Positions 36,829-45,367 of a stretch of 64,000 bases of DNA are shown in pieces. The DNA lies in assembly GCA_963821525.1 (NCBI GenBank), contig CAWGED010000004.1, positions 128,001-192,000 of the forward strand, read 5' to 3'. Position 1 is the stretch's first letter; each line of letters starts with the position of its first letter. A model generated the notes under the pieces. It searched no databases and was not told the origin of the DNA. It worked only from the letters and a program-made list of their open reading frames with translations. This DNA comes from an uncultured Gemmatimonadales bacterium. GTDB lineage: Bacteria; Gemmatimonadota; Gemmatimonadetes; Gemmatimonadales; GWC2-71-9. Position numbers and translations under genes: made by a program.

Positions 36829-39084
36829 ATGCATTGGTTTTTTCTAGCGGTCACTGTGCTGTCCGCGGGCGACGGCCCCGCCGTCTCTGCACCCACACCA
36901 GTTGCGCCGCGCAGTCTCATGGGACGGGTTACGACCAAATCCGGTCAGCCGGTCCTCGATGCCCGGGTGCTGGTTGTTGAGCTGCGTCATTCGGTCCAGA
37001 CCGATCCGGATGGGCGGTACAAGATTCCGAACCTGAATCCCGGCAGCTATACCGTCTCCTTCTCGCAGATCGGCTATGCCCCGGAAACCCGCCGGATCAC
37101 TCTGGGGGACAGCGATCTGACGCTCGACGTTTCACTAAAAGAGTCGCTAGTCGAATTGCCGCCAATTCAGGTCACAGCGACGCCCAGCGCAACCGAACCT
37201 CTGACCTCCCCGCAGCCTACGGCGGTGGTCGAAGGCGAGGATCTTCAGCGCGCACAAGCCTCAAGCTTGGGCGAGACGCTCAATCAAGTGGCGGGTGTCC
37301 ACAGCCTCAGCACCGGAGTCGGGATTGGGAAACCGGTGATTCGCGGGCTCACCTCGAACCGGGTCCTGATTCTGGATGACGGCCAGCGACTCGAGACGCA
37401 GCAGTGGGGCGATGAGCACGGTCCCAACCTGGAAACGGCTGGCGCAGAGCGGATCGAGGTGATTCGCGGGCCGGCCAGTGTGCTGTACGGCTCCGACGCA
37501 TTGGGCGGCGTCGTCAACGTGATTCAGCCCCCTCTTCCCGTAGCCACAGAGGGCCATGGGCCAGTTGAGGCGCAATTGAGCGCCTCATACGGAAGCAACA
37601 ACCGGCAACCCAATGGCGCGCTCAGCATCGCCGGAGCGAAGGGCGGCTTCGGATTCCGAGGAACGATCAGCGGGCGGCAGAGCGAAGACCTTCAGACTGC
37701 GAACTACGAGTTGTGGAACAGCGGCAACGAAGCCGTCGGCGGGAGCGGAACGGTGGGGTATCGCGGGTCCTGGGGGTCCGTTGCCGGCACGATTTCGCAG
37801 CGAAACGAAAAGATCGAGCTGACCGACGAAGATCCCTTGGCGACACCGCTTCAGCGGATCGCCACGACCCGAGGGAGGGTGAACCTCACCTTGCCGATCT
37901 CCGGGGCACGGCTGGAGCTGGCGGGCGGTTACGAACGCAACCGGCGGCGGGAATTCGAAGACAAGTTCACCTCCGACGTTGCGCTTGGCCTGCTGTCCCA
38001 GAATTACACCCTGGACGCCCGCTATTACCACGCTCCCTGGGGGTCAGTGCACGGCATCCTCGGCGTCTCGGGTGGCCACCTCGCGTTCGACAAGTTTGGT
38101 GAGGAGACGCTCATTCCCAACAACCGTACCAACACCATCGGGGTCTACGGATTCGAGCAGGTCACCCTGGGTCGCTGGGATCTTTCGGTCGGTCTCCGCT
38201 ACGACTATCGCCACCTTGATGTAGATGAGGACGCCGTGATAGCTGTGACCGCTCAGACCAGGAACTGGAATGCCTTGACGGGCAACTTGGGAGCACTATA
38301 TCGCCTGGCCGATCCGGTTGCGCTGGTACTGAACGTGGGACGCGGATTTCGCGCCCCGTCGAGTTTCGATCTGTTCTCCAACGGAGTGCACGAGGGAACC
38401 GTGGCCTTCGAGCGTGGAAACCCGAATCTCAACACGGAAAAGTCGCTCAATACCGATCTCGCCCTGCGGGTGCAGACCGCCAATGTGGCCCTAGAGCTGG
38501 GTGGGTTTCTGAATCTGATTCAGGATTACATCTACAGCGTCCCCACTGGAGCTACCGATCCCGCGTCGGGCTTTCAGATCTATGACGTGACCCAGGGCGA
38601 TGCGCGACTCACCGGGCTCGAGGCGGCGGCGCAGTATCACCCCACCGCATGGCTGCACTTGCAGGGAACCGCCGACTACGTCTACGGGACGAATACATCC
38701 ACCGGCAATGCTCTGCCGGCCATGCCACCATTCCGCGCTACCTACAGCGTGCGGCTCGAGAGCCGGCGGCAGGGTTTCCTGCATGTGCCCTATCTTTCGG
38801 TCGGCGGCGAAAGTAACGCGCAGCAATCACGGCAGGATCCCGCGGAAGCCGTGTTCTACAGCCAAGCCTTCGGCGGCCAAGGCTACCAATCGGAAGCCTA
38901 TACTTTGATCAATGCTGGGACGGGATTCGGTCTCGCTGCTGGTGCGAACGATGTGCATTTCGATTTCACGGTCCGCAACGTCTTCGACAAGGCTTACGCC
39001 GACTATTTGAGTCGCATCAAGACCAATGCGCTGAATCCGGGCATGGGCCGGAGCTTTGTCATGCAGGTGAGTACCGCGTTCTGA
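36829..39084 (+). CDS. TonB-dependent receptor with N-terminal carboxypeptidase-regulatory-like domain
   Basis: KPVIRG, QQWGDEHG, IEVIRGPASVLYGSDALGGVVN, GFRAP, NGVHEG, C-terminal F. Confidence 0.95.
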   Translation: MHWFFLAVTVLSAGDGPAVSAPTPVAPRSLMGRVTTKSGQPVLDARVLVVELRHSVQTDPDGRYKIPNLNPGSYTVSFSQIGYAPETRRITLGDSDLTLDVSLKESLVELPPIQVTATPSATEPLTSPQPTAVVEGEDLQRAQASSLGETLNQVAGVHSLSTGVGIGKPVIRGLTSNRVLILDDGQRLETQQWGDEHGPNLETAGAERIEVIRGPASVLYGSDALGGVVNVIQPPLPVATEGHGPVEAQLSASYGSNNRQPNGALSIAGAKGGFGFRGTISGRQSEDLQTANYELWNSGNEAVGGSGTVGYRGSWGSVAGTISQRNEKIELTDEDPLATPLQRIATTRGRVNLTLPISGARLELAGGYERNRRREFEDKFTSDVALGLLSQNYTLDARYYHAPWGSVHGILGVSGGHLAFDKFGEETLIPNNRTNTIGVYGFEQVTLGRWDLSVGLRYDYRHLDVDEDAVIAVTAQTRNWNALTGNLGALYRLADPVALVLNVGRGFRAPSSFDLFSNGVHEGTVAFERGNPNLNTEKSLNTDLALRVQTANVALELGGFLNLIQDYIYSVPTGATDPASGFQIYDVTQGDARLTGLEAAAQYHPTAWLHLQGTADYVYGTNTSTGNALPAMPPFRATYSVRLESRRQGFLHVPYLSVGGESNAQQSRQDPAEAVFYSQAFGGQGYQSEAYTLINAGTGFGLAAGANDVHFDFTVRNVFDKAYADYLSRIKTNALNPGMGRSFVMQVSTAF

Positions 39085-39090
39085 CGGATG

Positions 39091-39118
39091 AGGGCGGGGC
39101 ACTGCTGTGCCCCGCCCT
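39091..39118 (+). terminator. Perfect 12-bp hairpin after the receptor gene (terminator or mRNA stabiliser)
   Basis: AGGGCGGGGCAC-tgct-GTGCCCCGCCCT; weak U-tract. Confidence 0.65.
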
Positions 39119-39165
39119 ATTCCACTAAATTCACCCCCTCACCCTTTTCGTACAGGAGTTTGCCC

Positions 39166-39549
39166 GTGTCGGTTCGTTCTGGTCTTCTGGCTTCACTCGC
39201 TGCGGCCTCGCTCGTTTCTGTCGCTGCCGCGATGCACACTCACCTGGTCAAAGCCGAGCCTACCGTGGATGGCACGATCACGGAGGCCCCCAAGCAGGTT
39301 CGCCTCTGGTTCAACGAGCGGCCCGAGGTGGCGCTTTCCTCCGCCGCGCTGCTCTCCAGCGATAGCGCACCGGTTGCCCGGATCACTCTGGGGAAGACGG
39401 ACGATTCCTTGAGTGTCGCGGGTTCGATCCCGGTGAGCCTCGCCCCCGGCGGATACATCGTGGTCTGGAAGACTGGTTCTGCAGATGGTCACCCGGTACG
39501 CGGGTCCTACAAGTTCACTTACTCCGCTCCGACTGGCGCCAGTAATTGA
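39166..39549 (+). CDS. copC: Copper resistance protein CopC
   Basis: AGGAG RBS, signal then HTHLVKAEP, LWFNE, SADGHPVRG. Confidence 0.9.
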   Translation: MSVRSGLLASLAAASLVSVAAAMHTHLVKAEPTVDGTITEAPKQVRLWFNERPEVALSSAALLSSDSAPVARITLGKTDDSLSVAGSIPVSLAPGGYIVVWKTGSADGHPVRGSYKFTYSAPTGASN

Positions 39550-39550
39550 C

Positions 39551-40505
39551 GTGGACCATCAGGTCGCCGCTCTTCCGCTCGACCTCTACGCCCTGGCCCG
39601 CTGGATCGCGTACACCGCGACCATGGTCACGATCGGTGGCGGCGTCTGTGCCTGGCTGCTCGGGAGAATCCCCGAACGCGATGGTAGGAGTAACCTAGCC
39701 CTCGACGCAGCCCGCGAGACAACTTGGGGGCTGGCACTTGCGGCGCCGATCGTTCTGATCGGCGCCCATTTGCTTCGGCTCTACGGGCAGGCGCGGGCCT
39801 TCCTCGAACCGGCCGAGCCCATCACGTCCGACGGAGTCCATGCCATCGTCGCCGGTACCACGTGGGGGCGAGGCTGGATCGTTCAAATCTCCGCCGCGAT
39901 CGCTGCCGCCATCCTCCTCGCCGCGGCTCGCTGGCGAACTAATCGGAACGGACCCAAAGTCCCGGCGGAAGCCGTTGTGGCGGCGTTGCTGGTTGCGTTC
40001 GCCTCGCCGCTTACCGGACACGCGATGGAAAACCCCTGGGGTCGGGTCGCCGGTGTGTCGCTTCACGGGCTGCACCTTCTCGGCGCCGGAGTCTGGCTCG
40101 GCACTCTGTTTGTGCTCTTCATGGCGGGGTTTCGCGGCGTGCGCGAGGGTGGCGCCTTTGAAGGCACCGCACTGCTCGCCCGCCTGGTGCGGGCCTTCTC
40201 GCCCCTCGCCCTGAGTGGTGCCTCGGTCGTAGTGGGAGCCGGCGTGCTGCTCGGGGTGGCCTACGTGGGAAGCCTCGAGGCACTCTGGGGTACTACTTAT
40301 GGAAAGACGCTCTTGATCAAGATCGCGCTGCTCGCTGTCACCGCGGCGTTGGGCGCGTATCACTGGAAATCTCTCACGCCGCGGCTCGATTCCGTGCAAG
40401 GCGCTTCCGTCTTTCGCGGGTCCGCGGCCGTCGAGCTGACCCTGCGCGGCCCTCCTGCTCGGCGCTACCGCGGTCCTCGTTGCTCTGCCGGCCCCCAAAC
40501 TATGA
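39551..40505 (+). CDS. copD: CopD family copper uptake membrane protein (frameshift near 40445)
   Basis: LTGHA, LHLLGAGVWLGTL, TTYGKTLLIK; restored end ...LVALPAPKL* overlaps the next ATG. Confidence 0.85.
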
Positions 40506-41128
40506 CTACCGCAACAGCCTTCCGTTCGGTCGCCTTGCTTCTCGCACTCCTGGCTTGCGACCAGAAACCTCAGACCTTCAATCCGTCAGGACTCGCGGGA
40601 CCGTCGCTTGGCCAGGCGATTCCCAAGCCCGACTTCACGCTCACCGCGACCGACGGATCGCAGTTCAATTTCCGCCAGCAGACCGAGGGCAAGATCGCGC
40701 TGCTCTTCTTCGGCTATACCCATTGCCCGGATGTCTGTCCGGTTCACCTCGCGAACATCGCCGCGGCACTCCACACCCTCGATCCCGAGGTCCAGCGGAA
40801 GGTGGAAGTCGTATTCGTCACCACCGATCCCGACCGCGATACGCCGGAGGTCATCCGCGCCTGGCTCGACAAGTTCGACCCGAAATTCGTCGGTCTCCGG
40901 GGCACTCTGGACGAGGTGAACGCAATCCAGCGGGGACTCAAATTGGGTGAAGCGTCGCGGGAGCCGCAGCTGGCGCCGGGGGACACGGGCTACAGCGTTG
41001 GCCACGCCGCGATCGTGCTGGCCTTCACACCCGATGACTCGGCGCACGTGGTCTATCCCTTCGGGGTGCGCCAGTCCGACTGGGCGAAGGACCTGGAACT
41101 CCTGGCCAAGATGACGGGACCCGCGTGA
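40502..41128 (+). CDS. SCO1/SenC copper chaperone lipoprotein
   Basis: LLAC lipobox, FFGYTHCPDVCP, DPDRDT, YSVGH. Confidence 0.92.
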   Translation: MTTATAFRSVALLLALLACDQKPQTFNPSGLAGPSLGQAIPKPDFTLTATDGSQFNFRQQTEGKIALLFFGYTHCPDVCPVHLANIAAALHTLDPEVQRKVEVVFVTTDPDRDTPEVIRAWLDKFDPKFVGLRGTLDEVNAIQRGLKLGEASREPQLAPGDTGYSVGHAAIVLAFTPDDSAHVVYPFGVRQSDWAKDLELLAKMTGPA

Positions 41129-41575
41129 TTCGACGCCTGCTCGCCGGCGGTGCTCCTCGTCTGTTGGAGCTGCGGCAAGCCGGCACCGCCGACCCTTAAT
41201 GCAGAGTTCGGCAACATCCGCATCACAGGCGGGTTCGCGTATTCCCCGATCACCCAGGAATCCGGTGCGGCCTACTTCACGATCCGCAACACCGGCGACA
41301 AACCGGATACACTCGTGTCGGCCCAGTCTCCGATCGCAAAGTCGGCGATGATTCACGGAACGATGCAGTCCGAAGGCGCCGCCGGGATGGCGAGGATCGA
41401 ACGGCTTCCCATCCCTCCCGGTGAAGAGGTGACCCTCAAGCCTGGCGGGACGCATCTGATGCTCGAACAGCTCAGCCGACTTCCCAAGCCCGGTGAGCGG
41501 ATGCCTGTCGTTCTCATCTTCAGTCGAGCGGGCACGGTCACCCTGGAACTTCCGGTCAGGGCCTACAACGAATGA
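41125..41575 (+). CDS. Copper chaperone PCu(A)C (N-terminal frameshift likely)
   Basis: AAYFTIRN, MIHGTM...GM, LKPGGTHLML. Confidence 0.9.
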
Positions 41576-42411
41576 CATGGTGGTGCTCGGCTACCGGCCA
41601 GCCTTGGACCTGGGCCTGGAAGGCCTATCCCGGCGTGTGGCTGTTCGTGGCACTGCTCGCCGTCCTGTACCTGCGTGGCATCCGCCGAGCCGACCGAGCC
41701 TGCGCGAGCCGCCGAGCCGCCCTCTACTACTTCGCCGGCCTCCTCACCGTCTGGCTCGCGCTCGACTGGCCGATCGGCCCGCTGGGTACCGGCTACCTGA
41801 TCAGCTTCCACACCGTCAGCTACATCCTCCTGAGCCTCATTGCCCCACCTCTCCTTCTGGCCGGCATTCCCAGCGAGGTGATGCTGCGTGCCGCTCAGGC
41901 GCCTCGTGCGGGCCGGTTGCTCAGAATCCTGACCCGGCCGCTCATCGCGCTTGCGCTGTTCAATGCGATCCTCATCGGCACCCACATTCCGGATGTAGTC
42001 GATGGGCTGATGAGGTCCCAGCTCGGCGCCTTCGCCATCGACCTGGCGTGGTTCCTCGGCGGGATCGTTCTCTGGTGGGCGATCATGGCTCCCCCGCCGG
42101 TGTGCCGCCTGAATCGCCCTATGAAGATGGGATACCTCTTCGCTGCGACACTTCCACCGATTCTCCCGGCGGCCTTCCTCACCTTCGCCGATTACCCGCT
42201 CTACGCGGTGTACGAGCTCGCCCCGCGGGCATTCGATCTCCCCGCCCACTCCGATCAGCAGATCGCGGGTCTCACCATGAAGATCATCGGCGACCTTCCC
42301 CTCTGGTTCGCCTTCGGGGTGATCTTCTTCCGCTGGGCTCGCGAGTCGGGCGGCTCCAATCCGGTACATCCAAGCGTGGCCCAGCAGAGCGCTACCGGTA
42401 GCGCCGCTTGA
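41572..42411 (+). CDS. Cytochrome c oxidase caa3 assembly factor (CtaG_caa3 family)
   Basis: DWPI..L..YL.S.H....LL...APPLLL.G, DQQIAGL.MK. Confidence 0.85.
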   Translation: MTWWCSATGQPWTWAWKAYPGVWLFVALLAVLYLRGIRRADRACASRRAALYYFAGLLTVWLALDWPIGPLGTGYLISFHTVSYILLSLIAPPLLLAGIPSEVMLRAAQAPRAGRLLRILTRPLIALALFNAILIGTHIPDVVDGLMRSQLGAFAIDLAWFLGGIVLWWAIMAPPPVCRLNRPMKMGYLFAATLPPILPAAFLTFADYPLYAVYELAPRAFDLPAHSDQQIAGLTMKIIGDLPLWFAFGVIFFRWARESGGSNPVHPSVAQQSATGSAA

Positions 42412-42998
42412 AGCTTCATCTGGTGCGGCACGGCCCCGCCCTCGACGCCGACGGGCGAGCGATGGGCCACACCGACGCTCCGTTGTCTCCCGAAGGGATC
42501 GAGCAGGTCGCGCGACTGGTCACGGCATGGCCGAGAACTCCGAGCCGAATCTGGTCGAGTGATCTTCGTCGCGCGCGGGAAACAGCCGAGCGGATTGGTC
42601 AGCGTTGGGATGTGGCGCCGGCAATCGATGCGCGGCTTCGCGAGATGAATTTCGGAGAATGGGATGGGCGCTTCTGGAATGCGCTCGAGCGGGAGGATCC
42701 CGACCGCCTCAAACACTGGATGGAGAGCTGGGTAACCGAACGAGTCCCCGGCGGCGAGTCTTTCACCCTCTTATCAGAGCGGGTTCGCGACTGGTACGCC
42801 CGATGCCTCGCCGACCCGGCTGAGGAAATCGTCGTTGTTGCCCACGCCGGGAGCATTCGAGCACTGCTCTGCAATCTGCTGGAGGTTCCGCTCTCGAAGG
42901 CGTTCGAGTTCCCGGTCGATCGACTACGAATCTCTACCGTCGAAATCGCCGAATCCGGGGCCCGGCTGCTGGCCTTGAACAGTCCGGAGGTTCTCTAG
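42408..42998 (+). CDS. Histidine phosphatase family protein (CobC-like)
   Basis: LVRHG, SSDLRRA, LREMNFGEWDG, PGGES, VAHAGSIR. Confidence 0.9.
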   Translation: MKLHLVRHGPALDADGRAMGHTDAPLSPEGIEQVARLVTAWPRTPSRIWSSDLRRARETAERIGQRWDVAPAIDARLREMNFGEWDGRFWNALEREDPDRLKHWMESWVTERVPGGESFTLLSERVRDWYARCLADPAEEIVVVAHAGSIRALLCNLLEVPLSKAFEFPVDRLRISTVEIAESGARLLALNSPEVL

Positions 42999-43007
42999 GG
43001 AGCCGAG

Positions 43008-44864
43008 CTAGGCCAGCAGATCTGCGGGCCTTGCTCTGATGACTCGCAGCGCCGGCTCCAATGCGCCGACAACAGTCGCCACCGTAAGCAGCGCGGTGAA
43101 TTGCAGGACCAGCTTCCAGTCCCACACCGGCAGTCCTGGCACCAGGCCCGAGAGCATGTTCCAGAGGGACGGACCGAACCACATCCCGGTCCCGGCTCCG
43201 ACCAGGCTGACCAAGACCGCTCGCACAACCACGTACCCGATCACGCTCCGGGCTCGCGCGCCAACCGCCCGGCGCAATCCCAACTCCGCGTGCAGCGACC
43301 GCACCCAGAGTCGCATCAAGGCATAGGTGCCGGTCAATGCGATGAGAAGCGCGATCCATCCCTCGACCCCGAACCATCGGCCGAACCAGCGGAGCGGTCG
43401 GGCTTCTGCGGCGAGCAGCTCCGATTCCTCCTGGCTGGCGATGCTGCCGGGTGGGACTCCCAATTCGTCCTCAACCGCAGAGGCAATGACCCGAGTTCCG
43501 CCGGGATTCACCGAGTCGCGAACCAGCAAGTCGACCTGTGGAACGGGGTGCTGCAGGAGACTGAGATAGACGGTGTACTCTGGTTGTAGCGCGGCTCCGA
43601 AACCCGTCGGCGCTGGATCGTCCACGATGCCGACCACGGTATACCATTCCGATCGCTTCAAACCCACCATCAACTGACGGCCAATCGCCTCGCCGCGCTG
43701 AAAATGGCGGGCCGCGAGGGCCCGGTTCACCACGGCGACCCGTGGTGCGTCCCAACGATCCTCCGAACCGATGCTCCGGCCGGCGACCATCTTCACGCCG
43801 AGTGCGCGGAAGGTGTCGGCGCTGACCATTTCGTGAGTTGCCAGGACCTGGTGCCACGGCACCATGAGCGTGCCGAACGGGCAAAGCCCGCAGTCGGTAG
43901 TGATTCCCGCCACCGTGCCCAGACCGGCAATAGACCCCGGGCTGCTGAGACTGATCACCGAGTGCTGGGAGTCGGTCGAGAGCCTTTGAAGCAAGGCTTC
44001 GAGACGTGACGCTTGCTCAGCCGGTGATGCGCTCGGCACGGTGACCTGATACACCTCACCGTCGCGATGGTCCAAAGTCGCCGGATTCAGCATGGTGCTG
44101 GCGTGGCTGGCGACGAGCGCGCCGGCGGTGAGGACGGTCAGGCTGATGCCGAGTTGGATCGCCGGCACCAACAGAGGCAGGGGATGCGCCTCCGCCTGGG
44201 TGAGACGGGTGCGCCGGGCGAACACCAGAGGAAGAATTCCGGCAAGCACCAGCACCGCGCTCACGAGCGAAAGGCTGAGCGGAATCATGGCCGGATCTCC
44301 GGGGCCCATCGGGCCGTGCCACCCACGAGCAGCCAGACCGGCCGCAACTCCACCAGCGGCGCCGCCGAGCACGAGCACAACCGCAGCCACCAATCCAGCC
44401 TCGAGCAAGGCGGACGCCAGAACGCCCCGTCGCGAGGCGCCGACCGAACGCCGTACGGCGAGCTCCGGAGCACGCTCCGCAGCCCGCGCAGCGGAGAGCG
44501 TCAGCATGGTGAGTGCGGCGGCGGCAAGGGCGGCCGCAGCCGTCCCCAGCAGAAGCCGGAACAACTGCGTCAGGGCCACCAGTTGTCCCTCCGCCGGTGT
44601 CCGCGCATCCGGGTTCCAGGGCATCCCGAGATCGGCTCCCCGTACGCTGGAGAACGAGAGCCGTGTACTGTCGCCACCTGGAATCCAGAGCGAGGTCACC
44701 GGGAGTAGCGCGATCAGGATCACGACTCCGGTCGCGGCGAGTAACAGTGCGGTGCCTCGGTACATCCGAAGCGCCGCGAGCGCCGGAGAAACCACCCGGA
44801 TCAGTCTTCCCCGTCTATGCATCATGGAGCCGATCGCTGCCTCTCGTTGAGCTCCGGTGGTCAC
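43008..44864 (-). CDS. MacB/FtsX-type ABC permease with duplicated FtsX domains (start uncertain)
   Basis: ELAVRRSVGA and ELGLRRAVGA; VAVVNRALA.R.F..GEAIG. Confidence 0.8.
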   Translation of the reverse strand: MTTGAQREAAIGSMMHRRGRLIRVVSPALAALRMYRGTALLLAATGVVILIALLPVTSLWIPGGDSTRLSFSSVRGADLGMPWNPDARTPAEGQLVALTQLFRLLLGTAAAALAAAALTMLTLSAARAAERAPELAVRRSVGASRRGVLASALLEAGLVAAVVLVLGGAAGGVAAGLAARGWHGPMGPGDPAMIPLSLSLVSAVLVLAGILPLVFARRTRLTQAEAHPLPLLVPAIQLGISLTVLTAGALVASHASTMLNPATLDHRDGEVYQVTVPSASPAEQASRLEALLQRLSTDSQHSVISLSSPGSIAGLGTVAGITTDCGLCPFGTLMVPWHQVLATHEMVSADTFRALGVKMVAGRSIGSEDRWDAPRVAVVNRALAARHFQRGEAIGRQLMVGLKRSEWYTVVGIVDDPAPTGFGAALQPEYTVYLSLLQHPVPQVDLLVRDSVNPGGTRVIASAVEDELGVPPGSIASQEESELLAAEARPLRWFGRWFGVEGWIALLIALTGTYALMRLWVRSLHAELGLRRAVGARARSVIGYVVVRAVLVSLVGAGTGMWFGPSLWNMLSGLVPGLPVWDWKLVLQFTALLTVATVVGALEPALRVIRARPADLLA

Positions 44865-44873
44865 CCCGATGAG

Positions 44874-45281
44874 TTACTGGGCGGACGACGACGCTGGCTG
44901 CATCAGCAGGCGAGTGAGCTTCCACTGGCCTTCCGGTGTCCGGCGCCAGCGCGCTACGTACCGGCCACCAAATTTTGCCGGTGGCTGATCCTGCAGCCTG
45001 GCCACCTGGGAGAAAGATCCCCATTGGTAGGCTGTCGTCCCGAAGACCTCGACATCGTCACTCACCGTGGAAGCCGAATCCACCACGACCTTGCCGTCAT
45101 CACCGTCCTCGGTGTACATCGCGGCGATTGAATCCGACGCTACCGCTTTGATCAGAGCAGTGTAGTGCTCCATCGCGGCGGCGACTGCCCGACTTGCCGC
45201 GGGATCTCCAGAGCTGGTCCGTCCAACCGTACAGGCCGATGCAAGCAGGACGAGAGTACCGGCAGCTCGGTGACGATTCAT
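44874..45281 (-). CDS. NTF2/DUF4440-like lipoprotein
   Basis: ASAC lipobox, IAAMYTEDG, GRY..RWRR..EGQWK. Confidence 0.7.
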   Translation of the reverse strand: MNRHRAAGTLVLLASACTVGRTSSGDPAASRAVAAAMEHYTALIKAVASDSIAAMYTEDGDDGKVVVDSASTVSDDVEVFGTTAYQWGSFSQVARLQDQPPAKFGGRYVARWRRTPEGQWKLTRLLMQPASSSAQ

Positions 45282-45367
45282 GGGGATTCCGCTGCGTCGG
45301 AGTGCGGAGAGAACCTCAGGTCAACCTACACTCGCCGAGCCGCCTGGGAAGCGACCCGCCGTTTCAA

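Noticed and set aside
39485..41128. Apparent CopD-SCO fusion (547-aa ORF)
   Set aside because: Removing one base near 40445 restores a hydrophobic CopD end (LAALLLGATAVLVALPAPKL*) whose TGA overlaps the SCO ATG, and SCO has its own lipoprotein signal. Likely an indel artefact.
42408..42998. cobC assignment or a cobalamin riboswitch for the receptor operon
   Set aside because: Only generic His-phosphatase motifs are present; there are no other cob genes and no B12-box was recognised in the leaders.
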